Positions 52,884 to 61,882 of a stretch of 64,000 bases of DNA are shown here, piece by piece. Origin of the DNA: Diplonema japonicum (lineage: Eukaryota; Protista; Euglenozoa: Diplonemea); assembly GCA_964019335.1 (NCBI GenBank), contig OZ025699.1:124001-188000 (forward strand), given 5' to 3'. The stretch's first letter is position 1, and each line of letters begins with the position of its first letter. A program made the position numbers and the translations under genes. The notes beneath the pieces were generated by a model that saw only the letters and a list, made by a program, of their open reading frames with translations, had not been told where the DNA came from and did not search any database.

Positions 52884-52930
52884 CAGCATTCATTATTATA
52901 CCGGCGCATCCGGTATAATAATGAATGCTG
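52884..52930. repeat. Perfect inverted repeat with 21-bp arms and 5-nt spacer
   Basis: CAGCATTCATTATTATACCGG-CGCAT-CCGGTATAATAATGAATGCTG. Confidence 0.95.
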
Positions 52931-53319
52931 TAAAATGAAAATAATAGGGTACCTAAAAGGCGGCCCTGCTTGTTGTGGCTCTCAACAAAATTCGTAGAAA
53001 CGATCAAGCTGGTGATTAACTTCGAATGCTACACAAGTGGAAAAAAAGTTCTGGGTTACCGTGGAAAAAAAAGAGTTCGAACGTACATGGTGTAGTGGAA
53101 ATAAGATTAGGTTGGATGGCAGTCGCTTTTTATTCCCACTTGCAATATCATTTCAGTCACCTTTATTCTCCTTTTTATTCGACTTTCTGTTTTCGTATGC
53201 AGTATTTATCCCTTTTCACCTGTTGTTTACTTTTTCGCTTTTTATTCCCACTTGCAATATCATTTTAGTTACCGAAATAGATCCGATTTTCATTTTGGTG
53301 GCTTGTTTAACTCGTTGAT

Positions 53320-54018
53320 GTTGCTTCGCTCGTGAAGTCATATTCCCACTCGTTAAACCACTGCCACCACGCGTGAAAATCATACGATCTTATTTTCACT
53401 AAATAAATAGTTTTATATAACTCGAGCCGGGTTTTCAAGGGTGGGAGTGAAAATATTTTACTTTATGTCACTCCCAGCTTTATTTTCACTCCCAGTTACC
53501 TTGAAATTAGGCCCAGGAGTGAAATAATGTTCGAGCGTGAAATAATGTAACATTATTTCACTCCTGGGCCTAATTTCACCTATTCCACCTAGGTCAGCAA
53601 GATCAACGCCATCATCCAACGAAACTTCGGTAAAAAAATGCAGAGCTTTCCCGGGGTTGCACTTCTTTTGAAGAAGGCTATGAGGCAAAAAAAAGCTTCG
53701 GTATTTAGTCAGGAACAAATGAAAGAGTATCTGGCAATGAAATTCAGCGACTCCTACAACATGTGTCAGGCATATGCAGCTTGCATGTTTGCAAGTGGGA
53801 TGAGGACAAAAGAGTCGCACAAACTGAAATTTAGCGACGTTGTATCTCCCAACACTAACCCAAATCCCACTTTTCACTTGTTGTAACCCTGTAACCTCCC
53901 ACCCTTTCAAACCCGGCTCTTGTTAAATAAAACAACGTATTAGTGAAAATAAGAGCATTATTCCACTTGTGGTGGCAGGTTTAACTCGTAGCTTTTTACT
54001 TCACGAGCGCAGCGAAAC
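53320..54018 (+). mobile_element. Non-autonomous tyrosine-recombinase (Crypton-like) element with ~130-bp imperfect inverted ends
   Basis: About 53320-53448 is inverted at 53894-54018; internal YR fragment. Confidence 0.55.
53638..53886 (+). pseudogene. Tyrosine recombinase fragment (box I)
   Basis: KKASVFSQEQMKEYL...FASGMRTKESHKLKFSDV fits the G-x-R-x-x-E-x-x-x-L motif. Confidence 0.65.
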
Positions 54019-54165
54019 GGGATATTTAGTTCACTTGCTTCGCTCGTGAACTAAGATCCCTACTCGTTAAACCCCCTGCCACCACGCGTGAAATAATGCT
54101 ATCTTGTTTTCACTTACTAAATAGCTAATTATTTATTTCTTCATGTTTTCTTTAGAACTTTACCA

Positions 54166-54310
54166 TGGGACGCAAGGCAAAGTGTAGGGTGCCGTGAAGC
54201 AAAAAGCCAAAAAGGAAATCCTCAGGGAATCCATAGCCTCAACAAGAACCAGTGACGTGTACGCCAAGGAGTGGACTGCGTTCAAGGAATTCTGTGATAT
54301 CAAGCGCTGA
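54166..54310 (+). pseudogene. Possible N-terminal core-binding fragment of a second YR copy
   Basis: ILRESIASTRTSDVYAKEWTAFKEFC, following a direct copy (54033-54124) of the left-end repeat. Confidence 0.45.
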
Positions 54311-54446
54311 AAGCCCAAAGAAGATGGTGCAAAACGGGACGGGGGGCTATCTGCCTCTTCTCTGTGGTCGCTTTACTCGTGCCTCAATGAAAAATAGAGC
54401 ACGGGGAGAGGCACCAATCGTACCCGCGAATTACTACGCTTTATTG

Positions 54447-54625
54447 GGAAGGGAAGGGACGGGAAGGGAAGGGACCCCCCCCTGAAGGGAAGGGAAGGGA
54501 AGGGAAGGGAAGGGAAGGGAAGGGAAGGGAAGGGAAGGGAAGGGAAGGGAAGGGAAGGGAAGGGAAGGGAAGGGAAGGGAAGGGAAGGGAAGGGAAGGGA
54601 AGGGAAGGGAAGGGAAGGGAAGGGA
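54447..54625. repeat. (GGGAA)n/(TTCCC)n microsatellite at the 3' end of element D
   Basis: Long pentamer run; GACCCCCCCCTGA occurs twice, around the main run. Confidence 0.95.
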
Positions 54626-54722
54626 CCCCCCCCTGACCTACAGCAACCCGCCCCCTAAAAGAAAACTCAAAGTACAGGACAAGCCCCCCGCTAGAGGGCC
54701 GCCCTATGGGAGGGGGGGGGGT

Positions 54723-57700
54723 CTATCTGTTAATACTCCCCTTCTGGAGCATTGCTTTCATCCCGATTGAGGCCGTGAGCGTCTTGCGGAGTCGTGTGAT
54801 GCGGTCCCGCTTGTAGGCGGCTTTCAATTCCATCAGCTTGTCGTGCGTGGAGCGGGTGGCGAAAATAGGCCTCCTGGAGAAACCAATAGCTGCCTTTCCT
54901 CCAATGGCGATGAGGGACTTCACTCTTTTTCTCTCGTCCGCTGGGAAGGGGCGTCGCTTCTTCCGTGCCCTGCATGCTGTGTTTATCTTTACGATGAGAG
55001 CTTTGATTCTGCGCGCCCTATCTTCCAGCAGGCCTCCCAAAGACTTTCCGGTCGTCCATTCGAAGTCAATGGCCAGTTCCACCGCCGACACCTCCGAGGT
55101 GGTGTCCTTCTCTACCCAGCGCAGTTGTGACAACCATTGTAGCAGCGGGTTCAGGTACTGGGACAGGACCCCGCTCACTCCTTCGAGCTCGCCAGCTATC
55201 GGAACGGGGCATCTCTTACCTACCACATTTCGAATCCACGGCAGCGGCTGTGTGTTGACATCCTCCTTCTGCATGAGCTCTACGTCTCGTTTCTCAACCA
55301 CCACGGCTAAGTATCGTTGCAGCTTCTCTAGGTACGCAAAGTCATGTCCTCTCGGCAGAATCGCGTGCAATTCCAGACACAGGGGCCATCCTGTCCTGTT
55401 GCGCAGTGGTTCCAAGCCGTCCTGTGCTAGCTCTTCCTGTGCGCAGGCGCATTCGTAGAGTTGATGGCGGAGTAGGGTAACCGTGTCCGGGTACGGTGAT
55501 TCGCACAGGTCGCACCTGAACCCTTGTGTGCGTGGTACTGTCGTTGCTGGGACTTGGCTTATGCTCTCTTCGACTTCTTCGGTGTCGTCACCTTCTGGTG
55601 CCAGGGGGACGCTTCTTTGGTTCGTTCCTGCATGCGGGCTAAGGTAGGGGACCCCTCCGGTGATAACCCGTCTCAGGCAGTAGGACATGAGCGGGTCTTT
55701 GGCTGTTTTCCATAGTTGGTTGGTTTTGGGATCCGCTCCCGCCTCCATCCCTCTCACTGTGTTCCTCTCGTTCGCCAGCGACCTGCTCCGGGCTTTCCTC
55801 ACCGCGTCCCTAAAGACGTGTCCGCGTTCGGCCCAGGGTTTGTTCCCACAGTCTAGCAATTGCGCCCAGCTCCATCCTATATAGGGGAGCCACCGACAGA
55901 CCAGGTTGCCTACTGGTCCCATCGGGGTGGACCCCGTGCCGTACCCCGCAGCGATCTGCATGCATCTCTGTCGTAGTCGTTCGTCGTCGAGCGCTCCGGA
56001 CACTACCTTCAGGGAGTGGTATATCACATAGGAGAGGGGATCGTTGGTATGCCCCTTCAAGAGGACTGTGTTCACTGCGGTTGGAGAGCGTCCACGGTGG
56101 TGAGGGCCCCATAGGTTGCACGTTACCCTTGTCGACAATTTCTTGAGCGTCTCGTCACATGGGGGGGAGAACGGTCCGCTGTAGAGGCATGACGGAAGAA
56201 TCGTCGTGCTGACCATGTGTGCTTTCGTTTCGAAGGCTAACCTCGTGCAACCCAGCCGGTCTAGCGAGTCAAGCGCATCCGTGGTCGGTTTGTTCCATTT
56301 CGTCCCTGTCCTGCGCGTGTTGATTTTCACGCCAAGCCCTTTGAGGTCCGACACCGTCTTGTATGGTACAGGTACTTCCGAGCCTTTCCTCATCGCCGTT
56401 CGGTCTCCCACGACTCTCGACTTGAACCCTTCCGCGGTGCCAAAGCCCACCGTCTTTTCCTTGTTGACCTGCATCCCCGTCAGGTCGCAAAACTCTAGAG
56501 TCCCTTCGACCGCTGCCTGCAGTGAGTCCCGCAGCTTCGCTAACAGGTAAGCGTCGTCGGCATATGCTAGCACCTCGGCGTCCGGCGCTACCTGCTCGAC
56601 GGCCCGTATCATGATGGACAGCAAGGCGTTGATGATGATGACCGACAGCGGGCACCCCTGGAGGATACCGTTTGTGGCCTCAAACGTGTCACCAACTCCT
56701 ATGGGGCACTTGAACCTCCTCGTGATCTGGGAGTACATCCCTTGGAGTGCTCTTCCTATAGATTCGTCCATCCCCAGGGCGCTCATGAGGTCAAGGGACA
56801 ACTGTTGTGGTACCAGGTCGAAGCACTTTCTAAAATCCAGGGCTAGTCCCTCCAGCGGTTCCCCATCCACCAAAGCCAGCTCCAGCTTGGTACACAGTTC
56901 CATGAGGGCTGTCGTCGTACTGTGCTTGGGCCTAAACCCGTGCTGTCTCGGCGTGATCCAACGTTCCTGCCAGTCAAGGACACCCTTCAGCCTCGTACAC
57001 GCCCACAAGCGGTAGATGGTGCTGGTCACCGTGATGGGTCGGTGGTTCAGAGGGGCTGACCCTTCACCCTTTGGAATCAGTGACACCAGGGCTGTCGTGA
57101 TCTGTCTCGGCCACTGGCCTGTCTCCTCAATCAGGTTGAAGAGGTCTGCGAAGGCTCTCAGGATGCTCACCGGAAGACGTTTCAGCTCACTCATCCGCCA
57201 ACCGTCCACGCCACAGGCCCCTTTGTCTGGCTTCTTCTTGATCACCTCCCTCAGCTGTTCCGCTGTGATCGAAGTACGCGACATTAGGGTTTTCTTGATC
57301 ATGTTCCCGTAGCGCTGTGCAAATCGTTCGTACTGTGGCTCGTCCTCTGGTGCCCGTGCAGAAAAGACGCCCGACCAAGCGTCTCGCATCACCTCGTCCA
57401 TCTTCCGTAGGTTTGCGGTCACTCCACCATCTGCCGTCTCAACCACATCTGTCCTTTGGTTTGGGTGGTCTTTGATCCAGGCTGTGATGTGTCTGCGCTC
57501 CTTCCCAAAATCAGAGCGTATTGAACGTTCGTATGCTTTCGCCTGCATGTTCTTGCGGCATAGGAGCAGCTCCGACAACATTCCCTGGGAGTAGTCCTCA
57601 GCTATTTCAAGCTCCCCCCTGATGCTATCAATACTCCCTGTCGCGTCGATCTTGCAGAACTCGACCTTCAGCTCTTCCCCTAGCGTCGTTATGTTTCTGA

Positions 57701-59012
57701 GCGCGTTCCGTATCTCCACCGGGAGCGGCCCGCAGTGTCCACCCTCATAGAGTTTCAACATTTGCTGTTTTGCACTTCGAATTTTGAGCTTCAACTTCTC
57801 AAGCCGCTGTTGTCGATTTGTTGCCGCCCCGACTGCCGACTCCGTTGACCTCGCACTCAGCTCTGACCTCGTAGGCTCCCGTACCTTGCCCCTTCCGGTG
57901 TATACGTTGCGTACCGGTCCCACGTACCCATGTAGTAGGTATTGTTCCGCAAGGTCTGATATCTCTGAGAAAGCTTCGGTTGGCCTCTGTGCTGCAATGA
58001 ACTCACGGTACCTCGACTTCTGCATCAGTGTCTCCGCTATTCCGACTGGCGCCTTCTTGGTCTTTGGTATCTCCTGCGGGACGGTGTATCTTAGGACTTC
58101 TTGTCGAAAGGCTGGGATGTTGAGTGTTACCGACAGGCATCGGTGGTCCGACCCGGAGATAGCCTCGCTTACTCCGCAATGCTCGAGCCCCTGGGCCGCG
58201 ATGTTGTTCAACAGTACCCTATCAACCCGCGTGTTGCAATTGGTTCTGACAAGTGTGCTCTCTACCTGTACTCCATCCCTCCGAGCACAGAACGCAGCGG
58301 CGTCTATCCAGTCCGTTTGTAAAGCCCTCCTTAGTGTGGCGGATCGGGTTTCGTCCGTGTTGAAGTCCCCCACTACTGCCACCGGCACGTCTCCCAGCTC
58401 GAACTTGAGTCGGTGTAGTAGGTAATGGAGAAGCTCTTCACGGTACTTTGCCTTCGTCGGGTCTTGGCCTGAGTGGCAGTATACATTCACCAGGTGGAGC
58501 CATCGCTTGTTCCCATCAAGTGAGATCTTTACGTGTGACCATCTGTCTTTATGTGGCCCAGTCGTTTCACAGATCACTGCTGTCCGTGGTTTCTTCACAA
58601 AGGTCCCCAATCCGCCCCGCTTCGCTATCGTCAGAGACGTGACACCTTTGGTCTCCCTCCCTGGTTGAGGTTTGCTCCAGAATCTGGTGTACCGTCTGCC
58701 CCAAACATCATCTCTCAGCACGTGCTCGATCTCCAGCTGCGTCTGTGCCGTGAGGGCAGTTTCTTGGATGCAGAATGCGTCCGGGAGGACAGTAGAGTAC
58801 TCACCCAGCCGGTTGTTCAGTGCTGAGCCGTTGTGTGTGAGAATGGTGAAACTCTCTCGACCTGGCCCGGGGTGGGGTTCGACACCCTGTTCGATGAGGC
58901 GCTCAAACTTCTTGTCAGATAGACGTATCGGGTCGTATTTGGACGGACGGGAATGGGAATGGAGTGGAGGGAATGGGTTTGAGGGGTGGGTTTGGGGGGA
59001 GTTCTCCTGGAG
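54723..59012 (-). CDS. D ORF2: 2A-like (IEQGVEPHPGP), APE, RT, C-terminal Zn motif; no AUG before the APE domain
   Basis: Frame is open upstream of 58721 (TILTHN, FCIQET) to TGA at 59013-59015; GDFN, SDH, DFRKCFD, GILQGCPLS, YADD, CDLC..H..C. Confidence 0.9.
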   Translation of the reverse strand, partial: LQENSPQTHPSNPFPPLHSHSRPSKYDPIRLSDKKFERLIEQGVEPHPGPGRESFTILTHNGSALNNRLGEYSTVLPDAFCIQETALTAQTQLEIEHVLRDDVWGRRYTRFWSKPQPGRETKGVTSLTIAKRGGLGTFVKKPRTAVICETTGPHKDRWSHVKISLDGNKRWLHLVNVYCHSGQDPTKAKYREELLHYLLHRLKFELGDVPVAVVGDFNTDETRSATLRRALQTDWIDAAAFCARRDGVQVESTLVRTNCNTRVDRVLLNNIAAQGLEHCGVSEAISGSDHRCLSVTLNIPAFRQEVLRYTVPQEIPKTKKAPVGIAETLMQKSRYREFIAAQRPTEAFSEISDLAEQYLLHGYVGPVRNVYTGRGKVREPTRSELSARSTESAVGAATNRQQRLEKLKLKIRSAKQQMLKLYEGGHCGPLPVEIRNALRNITTLGEELKVEFCKIDATGSIDSIRGELEIAEDYSQGMLSELLLCRKNMQAKAYERSIRSDFGKERRHITAWIKDHPNQRTDVVETADGGVTANLRKMDEVMRDAWSGVFSARAPEDEPQYERFAQRYGNMIKKTLMSRTSITAEQLREVIKKKPDKGACGVDGWRMSELKRLPVSILRAFADLFNLIEETGQWPRQITTALVSLIPKGEGSAPLNHRPITVTSTIYRLWACTRLKGVLDWQERWITPRQHGFRPKHSTTTALMELCTKLELALVDGEPLEGLALDFRKCFDLVPQQLSLDLMSALGMDESIGRALQGMYSQITRRFKCPIGVGDTFEATNGILQGCPLSVIIINALLSIMIRAVEQVAPDAEVLAYADDAYLLAKLRDSLQAAVEGTLEFCDLTGMQVNKEKTVGFGTAEGFKSRVVGDRTAMRKGSEVPVPYKTVSDLKGLGVKINTRRTGTKWNKPTTDALDSLDRLGCTRLAFETKAHMVSTTILPSCLYSGPFSPPCDETLKKLSTRVTCNLWGPHHRGRSPTAVNTVLLKGHTNDPLSYVIYHSLKVVSGALDDERLRQRCMQIAAGYGTGSTPMGPVGNLVCRWLPYIGWSWAQLLDCGNKPWAERGHVFRDAVRKARSRSLANERNTVRGMEAGADPKTNQLWKTAKDPLMSYCLRRVITGGVPYLSPHAGTNQRSVPLAPEGDDTEEVEESISQVPATTVPRTQGFRCDLCESPYPDTVTLLRHQLYECACAQEELAQDGLEPLRNRTGWPLCLELHAILPRGHDFAYLEKLQRYLAVVVEKRDVELMQKEDVNTQPLPWIRNVVGKRCPVPIAGELEGVSGVLSQYLNPLLQWLSQLRWVEKDTTSEVSAVELAIDFEWTTGKSLGGLLEDRARRIKALIVKINTACRARKKRRPFPADERKRVKSLIAIGGKAAIGFSRRPIFATRSTHDKLMELKAAYKRDRITRLRKTLTASIGMKAMLQKGSINR

Positions 59013-61224
59013 TCACTGCTCGCATTGCTCGCATCCGCGGCACTTTACCCTCTTGCAGTTCGGTATTATGCAGGTCTGCGCTGGGTTGCTTTTCGTGATG
59101 TTCCCGTCACAGTAGTGGCACACCCCCTTCCAGTTTTGGTACGTCCCGTTGTAGACGTGGCATACGCCCCTGCCCAGGCAGTCGTTGATGTCGGGGCCCT
59201 CGTCCAGGTCGATGTCGGTGTCATCGTCAGTTGGGGGGGACCTAAGTCATCTTCCGTCTCCATGTCATCGTTTTCTCCCCCCTCGGCTAGCGGGGCTCGT
59301 CTCTGTCCAGTCTCGAAACCGTCGCTCCCGTGAGAGCCTTTATCTGCTCGGTGAGAACCGTCATCTGGGCGCGCATCTGCTGGACCTCCCCTCGCAGCTG
59401 CGCGTTCTCTCTCCGTAGCTCGACCACTTCCGTTGATGGCTCATCCCTGCTCGGTTCCCCCGCCAGCTTGCGGATCGCATTTTCAATGGCCGTAAGGCGG
59501 TCCTCAACAGCCGGGGTACCTGCCTTTCTCGTCGTGGTGGACGTCTTTTCGGACTTCGGAGGGGCGACCTTTTTCGGGGGGGCAACATTCTTCTCTGTAG
59601 CAGGAGGCTTGTGGCCTGGCTGGGTGGACCCCGTCACTGCACCAAGGTAGGACTTGCCTGTGGCTGCGACCCCTGTCTTCGGTCTTCCCCATGACTGTGC
59701 AGTTGGTATCTTCTTAATGGGCGGGCCTCCCACGTCGGGTGCTATCCTGCAGTGGAGAATCTGTCCTGTCGGGGATGTGATCCTCAGCGTCGTGGTTGGG
59801 GGTTTGCCTCCTCGGATGTACCAACACCTCAGGTTGTTGTTCCAACCCCCGTGTAGAGGAACGGCCTCCCACTTCATGCTACGGAGTATTAACTCCACGT
59901 GCTCTACGCCGCATTGCCCGTACAGGCCCGTCAGTCGCCACCTCGGCTCCCCATGCTGTCCGCGCTGTCGTTCATCTTCGCCCAACACCTTGTCAAGGAG
60001 CGCGGTCTTCTTCTCCTCAGACGTCCTCACACCGAGGCGGCAGTCCGACTCACGAAGTGCTAGCCCCTGCTTTTCCGCCTCTGCCAGCTCTAGCGCTTCC
60101 TTCAATGTGGTCTCCTTCGGGAGCCAGGCGACGGGGGACCTCGGCACGTCCTTCGGCTTGACAAAGACACCTCCCCTCCCGGACGTGTCCACGAACCTGT
60201 CGAGGCTGGCTCTTGGGATCGTCGCGAGTACGTCTATTCTCGGGGTCGGTCCTTCCATGATCCTGTCGATCCTGTGGACCGTCTTGCAGCCCAAGCCCTG
60301 GAGGAGCTTTCGGGGTTCGGAGGTCACCTTCTCCCACCTCTGGGTTGAGGTGTGTGTCTTCGAGAAGACGATCGCTACACGTGTGAACCTTGCGCCCAGG
60401 TCGATGTCCACTGTGTCCTTCGATGCGCACATGGAAATCTTCCCGCTCACTACGAACAAGAACATCTTTCTGTTGGTGAACTCACCGTCTGCCTTGAGTA
60501 CGATGTCGTAGTCGTGTCGTTCTGTGCCGCGGCGCTTGAGGATGAGCGCCTTGTTCCCGTCCCATCCCATCTCCTTGGCCTCTCTTGCGTTTTCTTCGGT
60601 TGCGATGGCAACCCCGTCCTTCCCCGCCACCAGCTCTTCCCACGACACGAAGGGCTGGTCAAACTGCCCCTGCTCCAGCGACCAGCGTTTCGCTGCTTGT
60701 GGTTCTTTCTGCGGCGGCTTGCTGTTTGGTCCTCTCCAGGATCTCGCCTCACCGTCCGAAATCGGAATGTCTACTCGCGGCAGTTTGAACTGCTGTACTG
60801 CTTTTTTCAGAACGTTTACGTTGAACGGTTCTGACGCGTTGAGATAAGCCCGACCGTCGAAGGCGATGTGGATGGGCAGCTTTTTGGACTCTCCCGAGAT
60901 AGGGGAGACTGCGAGGGCGCCGTTATCGACCGTCAACAAGCGGATGTCGACCTTCCATGCGCGGGCAGTGGCCTGGATGGTAACCAGGTCGGCGGCGGTA
61001 CCTTCCTTCGCGTGCTGGGTGCAGTAGGTGTCGTAGCTCCCGGTGACGTTCATTTGGTATTCTTCGCTTCCTCGCAACTCCTGTATCATGCGGCGTCTAA
61101 TGTCGCTCCCCTTCTTCCCTAGCTTCTCTCCGACCACTCCGTAGAAGGAGTTCCCGTTCCCGTTCCCGTACGCCTTTCTGTGCGCCGTCATCCCGAAGCC
61201 CTTCATAGCTTTTAAAATGTCCAT
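59013..61224 (-). CDS. D ORF1: pseudo-OTU domain, central domain, coiled-coil; probable acidic and Cys-rich tail reached through two frameshifts
   Basis: ORF 59287-61224, then ..ENDDMETEDD.. and ..CHYCDG..CIIPNC..CRGCEQC* in shifted frames at short G and C runs. Confidence 0.75.
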
Positions 61225-61505
61225 GGTTGACGTGGACCGTTGATGCTGAAATTGATGCTGTTGATGTGTTGTTTGCGCTCTCCTCTCCTTCCCTTCCTTG
61301 CACTAACTTAGAAACCTTTACCCTTCCTAAACTTATACACTTCCGTTGACCCTTACACTTCTGTTTCCTTTTATTTCCGTTACACTTTTACACTTCCTCT
61401 AAATCTTTATACTCCGTTGAACCTTGATATCGCGTTCTTACTTCCAATATTTGTATTTTCTTTTCAAACCGTTGCTGTGTGAACTTTATTGGCACGGTCG
61501 GACAC

Positions 61506-61544
61506 CAATAAAGTACAGAAACTGTAGCTTTAGAATCGTTGGTA
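61506..61544 (-). ncRNA. Spliced-leader (mini-exon) sequence, diplonemid type
   Basis: tACCAACGATTCTAAAGCTACAGTTTCTGTACTTTATTG, 39 nt, ending in the conserved euglenozoan CAGTTTCTGTACTTTATTG. Confidence 0.9.
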
Positions 61545-61882
61545 GAAAAAAATAGGCGGCAAGCAGTCGAACGCTGCGTGTGTGGTGTTGCTGTGTGGGT
61601 TGTCGGTGCTGTGCTGCTGCTGTGCGCGCTGTCCGGTGTTTTTCTCCTTCCTCCCACCCCCAAGTCCCGGCGCTCAGCTCCACCAGTGTCTCACATCAGA
61701 CGCCAGCTGAGCAGCCTCACCCCCGGCCCCCTACTCCAGGCCGCGAAAAGCCCGACACAACTGCGTTGACCCCTGACAACTTCGGTCAAGTCAAAGTCGG
61801 CAAACCCCCTTTAGAAAAAAAAAAAAAAAAAAAAACTATTCTTTTAAGGTATGCGTTTTTGCGCTCACCGGCCGCGCTGCGC

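Larger units (their letters stand above)
54447..61544 (-). mobile_element. Family D non-LTR retrotransposon (APE-RT-CCHC, no RNase H), apparently full length with a 5' SL
   Basis: ORF1 and ORF2 on the minus strand; boundaries inferred. Confidence 0.8.

Noticed and set aside
54447-54625. (GGGAA)n as a telomere or CRISPR array
   Set aside because: Not TTAGGG, internal, and no unique spacers; a simple microsatellite
59230-59335. Programmed frameshifts at the end of D ORF1
   Set aside because: Both shifts fall in short G or C runs; decay or sequencing error is simpler
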